This document shows positions 15,001 to 28,100 of a DNA stretch of 64,000 nt, piece after piece. The DNA is from Haplodiscus bocki (taxonomy: Eukaryota): contig OZ296652.1 of NCBI GenBank assembly GCA_965655095.1, positions 39,742,001-39,806,000 on the forward strand, read 5' to 3'. Numbering within the stretch: position 1 is the first letter of the stretch; every line of letters starts with the position of its first letter. The position numbers and the translations under genes are program-made. The notes under the pieces were generated by a model that had not been told where the DNA came from, ran no database searches, and worked only from the letters and a program-made list of their open reading frames with translations.

Positions 15001-16176
15001 TACACGTCTCACTTTTAACGGTAAATTGCAAAACTGTGGCATAATGATTGAGAAGAAAAAGCTTAACTAGGTCAGTAGAAGAAAATACATCAACAAATCC
15101 AAGAATCAGAAATTTTTCAGCAAGCAACTTCACAATCTGTGCTATTTTCGATATTTGTTCTTTTTGTAGAAGTCCCTCTGATTGGCAGTTGAATCTAAAT
15201 TAGACATGATAACCAAAATCTAAATCTCACACAAGCTATCCTCCTATCAGGGGAACTTGTTCCAATTGTGCGTTTTTCACCAACGATTTATCGCGCGACC
15301 GCAGCATCTTCTTTGGACTTGAATTTTCTGAGACTACCTGTCATCTTGGCTAAGGGAAAATGTTTCATGTGAGTGGTCTTCTCAACCACTCTGTCATAAT
15401 ATGGCAGCATCATATTTTTACTTGATTGCTTTCATCCAACAGACTGTCCCTTCATGCAAATTCTAGTTGCTTTCGTTTCCCTCAGAAAAAAAAGAACAGA
15501 AATGTGGCTCACAAATTTGATAGAGAACAACCTCACAAAATTTGTGCTAGAACTTCACTTGTCTATGATTTTTGGGGAAGCAACATGGTCAATTTATCTT
15601 GCGAGTAGAAGGAAAAATTTAAAACCTCAATATGGTTCTGTGACCAAATTTTGTGTATCTGCTCTTGTGAACCTGGCTTTTAATTAAAGTATCCCAAACA
15701 TAGTGAATGTGAAATGAACATAACGCTTTATCGATGGTATTGTTTTTCGTATAAAACCAGAGCTATTCGAAAAACAAGCTCTAACAAATAATAGAGAACA
15801 ACTTTAGGTAGTCTGTGATAAAGTTTCGGTCGCCTATCTTTTTTGGGGCGTCAACGTGGTTACCCCTACTTCAAACTAACAGCGCTTTTTTATCGGTATG
15901 TGGCCAGTATTTTGTTCTGTGGTATTTCCACGTTTGAGATAGTATAAAGTATAGCAGTTGCTACATATCTTTCAGCCATTCTCTTCCATGTAAAGCTACA
16001 TTCAGGGTGCTCCGATCTTTAGATTAGTTTCTATTTGTTTCAATACACCATTGATTCTGAAATGCCCTCTCTCGGTGGCGAGGAAAAAATTACTTGTGAA
16101 AATTGTGTTAACCAGACCACAAGATGCAATGTTGGCTCACAAAAGACATTCTGCTGGATCCCTTACTTGTCCGTCT
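1..16176. repeat. Sub-array 1: homogeneous monomer type A (period mostly 1946 bp)
   Basis: Units share diagnostic motifs (CGGTGGCGAGGAAAAAATT, TGTGTTAACCAGACC, TTTATCTTGCGAGTAGAA). Spacings are 1946, 1946, 1946, 1949, 1945, 1946, 1946, 1946. Translated ORFs are near-identical between units. Confidence 0.9.
492..684 (+). pseudogene. 5' fragment of Polinton-type PolB gene (zinc-finger N-terminus); representative of the copy in every array unit
   Basis: Reads MPSLGGEEKITCDNCVNQTTR, then (frameshift) LAHKGHSAGSLTCPSGTNFSTQFQVELKYHIANKFSPANPR. It is collinear with 47,899-48,091, which continues into the PolB pseudogene. Confidence 0.8.
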
Positions 16177-19100
16177 GGTACCAAACTCTCAACAGAATTT
16201 CAAGTTGAATTGAAATATCACATTGCCAACAAATTGTCGCCAATAAATCGTAGAACTCTGGTAAAAAACGGGATGGAAAATGTTGAAATCTTCTGTAAGT
16301 TTGAATTGATTCACCTGTAGTTCAAACGTGTCAATGAAAAAATGCAATTTTGAAAAAATTGAAAATGGGTTGAAAACGCATTTGTCTGTTTGAGAGTTCG
16401 ATGTTCTGTTTAAAGCAATGAAAAGGGACCTTGTTTTGTGATTTGCTAGATCCAATCTCATCTTCGGGTTTCGGCTGTCGAATTTGTAAAAAAATGTCAG
16501 CTTCAGGAATTGCTTTTCATCAAATCACGCAAATCGCGGAGTGGGTAACCAAAGGCCTGTTCGGAGATACTTTTTCCTTTAGTGGAGGTAACACTTCCTT
16601 GTCTTCAAATCTCAAAAAAGGGAATTTTTTTCTAGAAGACGTGCCGTTGCGGCCTTTGCTATCTCGTGCTATTCAATGCCGGGAGTAGGAAACGTCGAGA
16701 ACAATGTTGTAGAAAAAATTTTGTACGTCCAACTGTCCCTAAAGTTTTTTTGAGACTCTTCGTGAAATGATTCATTTTGCACTAACTGGGAAGTGTTTTT
16801 TCGACAGCCAACAATAGTTTACAGTCAATAAGTTCTGCAAAAAATGTTTTTTGCATGCAAATTAGTGAAAGCAATGCGTTTGGATAAACAATGCGACTTC
16901 CAGCCTTCCAGTGACGGCAACGCTTTTCTTTTGTCCAATCGTTTTTACACGTCTCACTTTTAACAGCAATTTGCGAAACTGTGGCATAATGATTGACAAG
17001 AAAAGGTTTAACCAGGTCACTAGAAGACAAGACATCAACAAATCCAAGAATCAGAAGTTTTTCAACAATCAAGTTCACAAACTCTGCTGTTTTAAATATT
17101 TGTTCTCTTTGTAGAAGTCCGTCTGATTGGCAGTTGAATCTCAATTGGACAAGATAACCAAAATCTAACTCTCACACAAGCTGTCCTCCTATCACGGGAA
17201 CTTGTTCCAATTGTGCGTTTTTCTCCAACAATTTGTCGCCCGACCGCAGGATCCTTTTTGTACTTCAATTTCCCGAGACCACCTGTCATCTCAGCTAAGG
17301 GAAAATGTTTCATGTGAGTGGTCTTCTCAACCACTCTGTCGCCATATGGCAGCATCAGTTTTCTACCTGTTGCTTTCATCAAACAGACTGTCTCTTCATG
17401 CAAGTTCTACTTGTTTCATTTCCCTCACAAATAAACAAAAAATGTGGCTCACAAATTTGATAGAGAACAACCTCACAAAGTTTGAGCTAGAGTTTCATTT
17501 TTGTATGAATTTTGCGGGAAGCAAAGTGCTCAATTTAACTCGCGAGTGGAAATATTGATTGCAGAAATCAGTGTGGTAATGTGACCAGTTCTTATGTATC
17601 TGCTCATGTAAACCTGGTTTTTTTAAAGTCTCCAAAACATAGTGAAAATGAAATCAACCTAACTTTTTATCGATGGTACTGTTTTTTGTATAAAACCAGA
17701 GCAATACGAAAAACTACCTCTAACAATCGATAGAAAACAACTTTTGGTGGTTTGTGATAAAGTTTCGGTCGCTTGTCAATTATGGGCGCCAACGTGGTCA
17801 CTCCAACTTCAGACTAACCGCGCTTTTTTATGGGTATGTGACCAGTATTTTGTTCTTGGGTATTTCCACATTTGGGATAATTTAAAGTGTAGCCGTTGCT
17901 ACATATCTTTGAGCCGTTCTCTTTCCTGTAAAGTTACAGTCAATGTGCTCCGATCTTTAGATTAATTTTCAAATGTTTCGTTACACCATTCATTCTGAAA
18001 TTGCCTCTCTCGGTCGCTACGAAGAAATTAATTGTGACAGTTGTGGTTACCAAACCACAAGAAGCCATGTTGGCTCACAAAAGACATTCTGCTGGATCCC
18101 TTAATTGTCCCTCTGGTACCAATTTCTCAACAGAATTTCAAGTTGAATTGAAATATCACATTGCCAACAAACTTTCACCAGCAAATGCTAGAACTGTGGT
18201 AAAAATCGAGATGGAAAATGTTGAAATCTTCTGTAAGTTTGAATTGATTCACCTCTAGTTCAAACTTGTCAATGAAAAAATGCAATTTTGAATATATTGA
18301 AAATGGGTTGATAAACGCATTTGTCTGTTTGAGAGCTCGATGTTCTGTTTAAAGCAATGAAAAGGGACCTTGTTTTGTGATTTGCTAGATCCAATCTCAT
18401 CTTCGGGTTTCGGCTGTAGAATCTGTAATAAAATGTCAGCTTCAGGAATTGCTTTTCAGCAAATCACGCAAATCGCGGAGTGGGTAACCAAAGTGCTGTT
18501 CGGAGACACTTTTTCTTTTAGAGGAGGTAACACTTCCCTGTCTTCAAATCTCAAAAAAGGAAATTTTTTTTCTAGAAGACGTTCCATTGCGGCCTTTGCT
18601 ATCTCGTGCTATTCAATGCCGGGAGTAGGAAAGGTCGAGAACAATGTTGTAGAAAAAATTTTGTACATCCAACTGTCCCAAAAGCTTTTTTGAAACTCTT
18701 CGTAAAATGATACATTTTGCACTAACTGGGAAGTGTTTTTCCGACAGCCAACAATAGTTTACAGTCAATAAGTTCTGCAAAAAATGTTTTTGCATGCATA
18801 TTAGTGAAAGCAATGCGTTTGGATAAACAGTGCGACTTCCAGCCTTCCAGTGACGGCAACGCTTTTCTTTTGTCCAATCGTTTTTACACGTCTCACTTTT
18901 AACAGCAATTTGCGAAACTCTGGCATAGTGATTGACAAGAAAAGGCTTAACTAGGTCACTAGAAGACAATACATCAACAAATCCAAGAATCAGAAGTTTT
19001 TCAACAATCAATTTCACAATCTGTGCTGCTTTCGATAACTGTTCTCTTTGTAGAAGCCCTCTGATTGGCAGTTGAATCTAAATTAGACAAGATAACCAAA

Positions 19101-22100
19101 ATCTAACTCTCACACAAGCTGTCTCCCTATCAAGGGAACTTGTTCCAATTGTGCGTTTTTCTCCAACAATTTGTCGCCCGACCGCAGGATCCTTTTTGTA
19201 CTTCATTTTTCCGAGACTACCTGTCATCTCAGCTAAGGGAAAATGTTTCATGTGAGTGGTCTTCTCAACCACTCTGTCGCCATATGGTAGCATCAGTTTT
19301 CTACCTGTTGCTTTCATCAAACAGACTGTCTCTTTATGCAAGTTCTACTTGTTTCATTTCCCTCACAAAATAAACAAAAAATGTGGCTCACAAATTTGAT
19401 AGAGAACAACCTCACAAAGTTTGAGCTAGAGTTTCATTTTTGTATGAATTTTGTGGGAAGCAAAGTGCTCAATTTAACTCGCGAGTGGAAATATTGATTG
19501 CAAAATTCAGTGTGGTAATGTGACCAGTTCTTGTGTATCTGCTTATGTAAACCTGGTTTTTATTTAAGGTCTCCAAAACATAGTGAATATGAAATCAACC
19601 TAACTTTTTATCGATGGTACTGTTTTTTGTATAAAGCCAGAGCAATACGAAAAACTACCTCTAACAATCGATAGAAAACAACTTTAGGTGGTTTGTGATA
19701 AAGTTTTGGTCGCTTGTCAATTATGGGCGCCAACGTGGTCACTCCAACTTCAGACTAACAGCGCTTTTTTATGGGTATGTGACCAGTATTTTGTGCTGTG
19801 GTATTTCCACATTTGGGATAATTTAAAGTGTAGCCGTTGCTACATTTCTTTGAGCTGTTCTCTTTCTTGTAAACTTACAGTCAATGTGCTCCGATCTTTA
19901 GATTAATTTTCAAATGTTTCGTTACACCATTCAATCTGAAATGCCCTCTCTCGGTCGCTACGAAGAAATTACTTGTGACAATTGTGGTTACCAAACCACA
20001 AGAAGCCATGTTGGTTCTCCAAAGACATTCTGCTGGATCCTTTGGTTGTCCCTCTGGTACCAACTTCTCAACAGAGTTTGAAGTTGAATTGAAATATCAC
20101 ATTGCCAACAAACTTTCACCAGCAAATGCTAGAACTGTGGTAAAAATCGAGATGGAAAATGTTGAAAACTTCTGTGAGTTTGAATTGATTCACCTCTAGT
20201 TCAAACTTGTCAATGAAAAAATGCAATTTTGAATATATTGAAAATGGGTTGATAAACGCATTTGTCTGTTTGAGAGCTCGATGTTCTGTTTAAAGCAATG
20301 AAAAGGGACCTTGTTTTGTGATTTGCTAGATCCAATCTCATCTTCGGGTTTCGGCTGTAGAATCTGTAATAAAATGTCAGCTTCAGGAATTGCTTGTCAG
20401 CAAATCACGCAAATCGCGGAGTGGGTAACCAAAGTCCTGTTCGGAGATACTTTTTCTTTTAGAGGAGGTAACACTTCCTTGTCTTCAAATCTCAAAAAAG
20501 GAAATTTTTTTTCTAGAAGACGTTCCATTGCGGCCTTTGCTATCTCGTGCTATTCAATGCCGGGAGTAGGAAATGTCGAGAACAATGTTGTAGAAAAAAT
20601 TTTGTACATCCAACTGTCCCAAAAGCTTTTTTGAAACTCTTCGTAAAATGATACATTTTGCACTAACTGGGAAGTGTTTTTCCGACAGCCAACAATAGTT
20701 TACAGTCAATAAGTTCTGCAAAAAATGTTTTTGCATGCATATTAGTGAAAGCAATGCGTTTGGATAAACAGTGCGACTTCCAGCCTTCCAGTGACGGCAA
20801 CGCTTTTCTTTTGTCCAATCGTTTTTACACGTCTCACTTTTAACAGCAATTTGCGAAACTCTGGCATAGTGATTGACAAGAAAAGGCTTAACTAGGTCAC
20901 TAGAAGACAATACATCAACAAATCCAAGAATCAGAAGTTTTTCAACAATCAATTTCACAATCTGTGCTGCTTTCGATAACTGTTCTCTTTGTAGAAGCCC
21001 TCTGATTGGCAGTTGAATCTAAATTAGACAAGATAACCAAAATCTAACTCTCACACAAGCTGTCTCCCTATCAAGGGAACTTGTTCCAATTGTGCGTTTT
21101 TCTCCAACAATTTGTCGCCCGACCGCAGGATCCTTTTTGTACTTCATTTTTCCGAGACTACCTGTCATCTCAGCTAAGGGAAAATGTTTCATGTGAGTGG
21201 TCTTCTCAACCACTCTGTCGCCATATGGTAGCATCAGTTTTCTACCTGTTGCTTTCATCAAACAGACTGTCTCTTTATGCAAGTTCTACTTGTTTCATTT
21301 CCCTCACAAAATAAACAAAAAATGTGGCTCACAAATTTGATAGAGAACAACCTCACAAAGTTTGAGCTAGAGTTTCATTTTTGTATGAATTTTTTGGGAA
21401 GCAAAGTGCTCAATTTAACTCGCGAGTGGAAATATTGATTGCAAAATTCAGTGTGGTAATGTGACCAGTTCTTATGTATCTGCTCATGTAAACCTGGTTT
21501 TTTTTAAAGTCTCCAACACATAGTGAAAATGAAATCAACGTAACTTTTTATCCATGGTACTGTTTTTTGTATAAAGCCAGAGCAATACGAAAAACTACCT
21601 CTAACAATCGATAGAAAACAACTTTAGGTGGTTTGTGATAAAGTTTTGGTCGCTTGTCAATTATGGGCGCCAACGTGGTCACTCGAACTTCAGACTAACA
21701 GCGCTTTTTTATGGGTATGTGACCAGTATTTTGTGCTGTGGTATTTCCACATTTGGGATAATTTAAAGTGTAGCCGTTGCTACATATCTTTGAGCTGTTC
21801 TCTTTCTTGTAAACTTACAGTCAATGTGCTCCGATCTTTAGATTAATTTTCAAATGTTTCGTTACACCATTCAATCTGAAATGCCCTCTCTCGGTCGCTA
21901 CGAAGAAATTACTTGTGACAATTGTGGTTACCAAACCACAAGAAGCCATGTTGGTTCTCCAAAGACATTCTGCTGGATCCTTTGGTTGTCCCTCTGGTAC
22001 CAACTTCTCAACAGAGTTTGAAGTTGAATTGAAATATCACATTGCCAACAAACTTTCACCAGCAAATGCTAGAACTGTGGTAAAAATCGAGATGGAAAAT

Positions 22101-25100
22101 GTTGAAAACTTCTGTGAGTTTGAATTGATTCACCTCTAGTTCAAACTTGTCAATGAAAAAATGCAATTTTGAATATATTGAAAATGGGTTGATAAACGCA
22201 TTTGTCTGTTTGAGAGCTCGATGTTCTGTTTAAAGCAATGAAAAGGGACCTTGTTTTGTGATTTGCTAGATCCAATCTCATCTTCGGGTTTCGGCTGTAG
22301 AATCTGTAATAAAATGTCAGCTTCAGGAATTGCTTGTCAGCAAATCACGCAAATCGCGGAGTGGGTAACCAAAGTCCTGTTCGGAGACACTTTTTCTTTT
22401 AGAGGAGGTAACACTTCCTTGTCTTCAAATCTCAAAAAAGGAAATTTTTTTTCTAGAAGACGTTCCATTGCGGCCTTTGCTATCTCGTGCTATTCAATGC
22501 CGGGAGTAGGAAATGTCGAGAACAATGTTGTAGAAAAAATTTTGTACATCCAACTGTCCCAAAAGTTTTTCTGAAACTCTTCGTAAAATGATACATTTTG
22601 CACTAACTGGGAAGTGTTTTTTCGACAGCCAACAATAGTTTACAGTCAATAAGTTCTGCAAAAAATGTTTTTGCATGCATATTAGTGAAAGCAATGCGTT
22701 TGGATAAACAATGCGACTTCCAGCCTTCCAGTGACGGCAACGCTTTTCTTTTTTCCAATCGTTTTTACACGTCTCACTTTTAACAGCAATTTGCGAAACT
22801 GTGGCATAATGATTGACAAGAAAAGGCTTAACTAGGTCACTAGAAGACAATACATCAACAAATCCAAGAATCAGAAGTTTTTCAACAATCAATTTCACAA
22901 TCTGTGCTGCTTTCGATAACTGTTCTCTTTGTAGAAGCCCTCTGATTGGCAGTTGAATCTAAATTAGACAAGATAACCAAAATCTAACTCTCACACAAGC
23001 TGTCTCCCTATCAAGGGAACTTGTTCCAATTGTGCGTTTTTCTCCAACAATTTGTCGCCCGACCGCAGGATCCTTTTTGTACTTCATTTTTCCGAGACTA
23101 CCTGTCATCTCAGCTAAGGGAAAACGTTTCATGTGAGTGGTCTTCTCAACCACTCTGTCGCCATATGGTAGCATCAGTTTTCTACCTGTTGCTTTCATCA
23201 AACAGACTGTCTCTTTATGCAAGTTCTACTTGTTTCATTTCCCTCACAAAATAAACAAAAAATGTGGCTCACAAATTTGATAGAGAACAACCTCACAAAG
23301 TTTGAGCTAGAGTTTCATTTTTGTATGAATTTTGTGGGAAGCAAAGTGCTCAATTTAACTCGCGAGTGGAAATATTGATTGCAAAATTCAGTGTGGTAAT
23401 GTGACCAGTTCTTGTGTATCTGCTTATGTAAACCTGGTTTTTATTTAAGGTCTCCAAAACATAGTGAATATGAAATCAACCTAACTTTTTATCGATGGTA
23501 CTGTTTTTTGTATAAAGCCAGAGCAATACGAAAAACTACCTCTAACAATCGATAGAAAACAACTTTAGGTGGTTTGTGATAAAGTTTTGGTCGCTTGTCA
23601 ATTATGGGCGACAACGTGGTCACTCCAACTTCAGACTAACAGCGCTTTTTTATGGGTATGTGACCAGTATTTTGTGCTGTGGTATTTCCACATTTGGGAT
23701 AATTTAAAGTGTAGCCGTTGCTACATATCTTTGAGCTGTTCTCTTTCTTGTAAACTTACAGTCAATGTGCTCCGATCTTTAGATTAATTTTCAAATGTTT
23801 CGTTACACCATTCAATCTGAAATGCCCTCTCTCGGTCGCTACGAAGAAATTACTTGTGACAATTGTGGTTACCAAACCACAAGAAGCCATGTTGGTTCTC
23901 CAAAGACATTCTGCTGGATCCTTTGGTTGTCCCTCTGGTACCAACTTCTCAACAGAGTTTGAAGTTGAATTGAAATATCACATTGCCAACAAACTTTCAC
24001 CAGCAAATGCTAGAACTGTGGTAAAAATCGAGATGGAAAATGTTGAAAACTTCTGTGAGTTTGAAATGATTCACCTGTAGTTCAAACTTGTCAAGGAAAG
24101 AATTCAATTTTGAATATATTGAAAATGGGTTGATAAACGTATTTGTCTGTTTGAGAGTTCGATGTTCTGATTAAAGCAATGAAAAGGGACCTTGTTTTGT
24201 GATTTGCTAGATCCAAGCTCGTCTTCGGGTTTCGGCTGTCGAATCTGTAATAAAATGCCATCTTCAAGAATTGCTTTTCAACAAATCACGCAATTCGCGG
24301 AGTGGGGAACCAAAGTCCTGTTCGGAGATACTTACTTCTTTTAGAGGAGGTAACACTTCTTTGTATTCAAATCTCAAAAAAGGAAAATTTGTTTTCTAGG
24401 AGACGTTCCTTTGCGGCCTTTGCTATCTCATGCTATTCCATGCCGGGACTAGGAAATGTCGAAAACAATGTTGTAAAATAATTTTGTACGTCCAACTGTT
24501 CCAAAATTTTTTTGAAACTATTCGTAAAAATAAGCAATTTGCACTAACTGGGAAGTGTTTTTTCGACAGCCAACAATTGTTTCCAGTCAGTAGGTTCTGA
24601 AAAAATGTTTTCTGCATGCATAATCGTGCAAGCAATGCGCTTGGATAAACAATGCGACTTCCAGCCTTCCAGTGACGCCAACGTTTTTCTTTTGACCAAT
24701 CGTTTTTACACGTCTCACTTTTAACGGTAAATTGCAAAACTGTGGCAAAATGATTGAGAGGAAAAGGGTTAACTAGGTCACTAGAAGAAAACACATCAAC
24801 AAATCCAAGAATCAGAAATTTTTCAGCAAGCAACTTCACCATCTGTGCTATTTTCGATATTTGTTCTTTTTGTAGAAGTCCCTCTGATTGGCAGTTGAAT
24901 CTAAATTAGACATGATAACCAAAATCTAAATCTCACACAAGCTGTCCTCCTATCAGGGGAACTTGTTCCAATTGTGCGTTTTTCACCAACGATTTATCGC
25001 GCGACCGCAGCATCTTCTTTGGACTTGAATTTTCTGAGACTACCTGTCATCTTGGCTAAGGGAAAATGTTTCATGTGAGTGGTCATCTCAACCACTCTGT

Positions 25101-28100
25101 CATAATATGGCAGCATCAATTTTCTACTTGATTGCTTTCATCCAACAGACTGTCCCTTCATGAAAATTCTAGTTGCTTCCGTTTCCCTCACAAAAAAAGA
25201 ACAAAAATGTCGCTCACAAGTCTGATAGAGAATAACCTCACAAAGTTTGTGCTAGAATTTCACTTGTGTATGATTTTTGGGGAAGCAAAATGGTCAATTT
25301 AACTTGCGAGTTGAAATAAAAATTGAAAACCTCAGTATGGTTCTGTTACCGAATTTTGTGTATCTGCTCATGTGAACCTGGCTTTTAATTAAAGTATCCC
25401 AAACATAGTGAATGTGAAATGAACATAACTTTTTATCGACGGTAGTGTTTTTTGTATAAAACCAGAGCAATACGAAAAACTACCTCTAACAATCGATAGA
25501 AAACAACTTTTGGTGGTTTGTGATAAAGTTTCGGTCGCTTGTCAATTATGGGCGCCAACGTGGTCACTCGAACTTCAGACTAACAGCGCTTTTTTATGGG
25601 TATGTGACCAGTATTTTGTGCTGTGGTATTTCCACATTTGGGATAATTTAAAGTGTAGCCGTTGCTACATATCTTTGAGCCGTTCTTTCTTGTAAAGTTA
25701 CAGTCAATGTGCTCCGATCTTTAGATTAATTTTCAAATGTTTCGTTACACCATTCAATCTGAAATGCCCTCTCTCGGTCGCTACGAAGAAATTACTTGTG
25801 ACAATTGTGGTTACCAAACCACAAGAAGCCATGTTGGTTCTCCAAAGACATTCTGCTGGATCCTTTGGTTGTCCCTCTGGTACCAACTTCTCAACAGAGT
25901 TTGAAGTTGAATTGAAATATCACATTGCCAACAAACTTTCACCAGCAAATGCTAGAACTGTGGTAAAAATCGAGATGGAAAATGTTGAAAACTTCTGTGA
26001 GTTTGAATTGATTCACCTCTAGTTCAAACTTGTCAATGAAAAAATGCAATTTTGAATATATTGAAAATGGGTTGATAAACGCATTTGTCTGTTTGAGAGC
26101 TCGATGTTCTGTTTAAAGCAATGAAAAGGGACCTTGTTTTGTGATTTGCTAGATCCAATCTCATCTTCGGGTTTCGGCTGTAGAATCTGTAATAAAATGT
26201 CAGCTTCAGGAATTGCTTGTCAGCAAATCACGCAAATCGCGGAGTGGGTAACCAAAGTCCTGTTCGGAGACACTTTTTCTTTTAGAGGAGGTAACACTTC
26301 CTTGTCTTCAAATCTCAAAAAAGGAAATTTTTTTTCTAGAAGACGTTCCATTGCGGCCTTTGCTATCTCGTGCTATTCAATGCCGGGAGTAGGAAATGTC
26401 GAGAACAATGTTGTAGAAAAAATTTTGTACATCCAACTGTCCCAAAAGTTTTTCTGAAACTCTTCGTAAAATGATACATTTTGCACTAACTGGGAAGTGT
26501 TTTTTCGACAGCCAACAATAGTTTACAGTCAATAAGTTCTGCAAAAAATGTTTTTGCATGCATATTAGTGAAAGCAATGCGTTTGGATAAACAATGCGAC
26601 TTCCAGCCTTCCAGTGACGGCAACGCTTTTCTTTTTTCCAATCGTTTTTACACGTCTCACTTTTAACAGCAATTTGCGAAACTGTGGCATAATGATTGAC
26701 AAGAAAAGGCTTAACTAGGTCACTAGAAGACAATACATCAACAAATCCAAGAATCAGAAGTTTTTCAACAATCAATTTCACAATCTGTGCTGCTTTCGAT
26801 AACTGTTCTCTTTGTAGAAGCCCTCTGATTGGCAGTTGAATCTAAATTAGACAAGATAACCAAAATCTAACTCTCACACAAGCTGTCTCCCTATCAAGGG
26901 AACTTGTTCCAATTGTGCGTTTTTCTCCAACAATTTGTCGCCCGACCGCAGGATCCTTTTTGTACTTCATTTTTCCGAGACTACCTGTCATCTCAGCTAA
27001 GGGAAAACGTTTCATGTGAGTGGTCTTCTCAACCACTCTGTCGCCATATGGTAGCATCAGTTTTCTACCTGTTGCTTTCATCAAACAGACTGTCTCTTTA
27101 TGCAAGTTCTACTTGTTTCATTTCCCTCACAAAATAAACAAAAAATGTGGCTCACAAATTTGATAGAGAACAACCTCACAAAGTTTGAGCTAGAGTTTCA
27201 TTTTTGTATGAATTTTGTGGGAAGCAAAGTGCTCAATTTAACTCGCGAGTGGAAATATTGATTGCAAAATTCAGTGTGGTAATGTGACCAGTTCTTGTGT
27301 ATCTGCTTATGTAAACCTGGTTTTTATTTAAGGTCTCCAAAACATAGTGAATATGAAATCAACCTAACTTTTTATCGATGGTACTGTTTTTTGTATAAAG
27401 CCAGAGCAATACGAAAAACTACCTCTAACAATCGATAGAAAACAACTTTAGGTGGTTTGTGATAAAGTTTTGGTCGCTTGTCAATTATGGGCGCCAACGT
27501 GGTCACTCCAACTTCAGACTAACAGCGCTTTTTTATGGGTATGTGACCAGTATTTTGTGCTGTGGTATTTCCACATTTGGGATAATTTAAAGTGTAGCCG
27601 TTGCTACATATCTTTGAGCTGTTCTCTTTCTTGTAAACTTACAGTCAATGTGCTCCGATCTTTAGATTAATTTTCAAATGTTTCGTTACACCATTCAATC
27701 TGAAATGCCCTCTCTCGGTCGCTACGAAGAAATTACTTGTGACAATTGTGGTTACCAAACCACAAGAAGCCATGTTGGTTCTCCAAAGACATTCTGCTGG
27801 ATCCTTTGGTTGTCCCTCTGGTACCAACTTCTCAACAGAGTTTGAAGTTGAATTGAAATATCACATTGCCAACAAACTTTCACCAGCAAATGCTAGAACT
27901 GTGGTAAAAATCGAGATGGAAAATGTTGAAAACTTCTGTGAGTTTGAAATGATTCACCTGTAGTTCAAACTTGTCAAGGAAAGAATTCAATTTTGAATAT
28001 ATTGAAAATGGGTTGATAAACGTATTTGTCTGTTTGAGAGTTCGATGTTCTGATTAAAGCAATGAAAAGGGACCTTGTTTTGTGATTTGCTAGATCCAAG

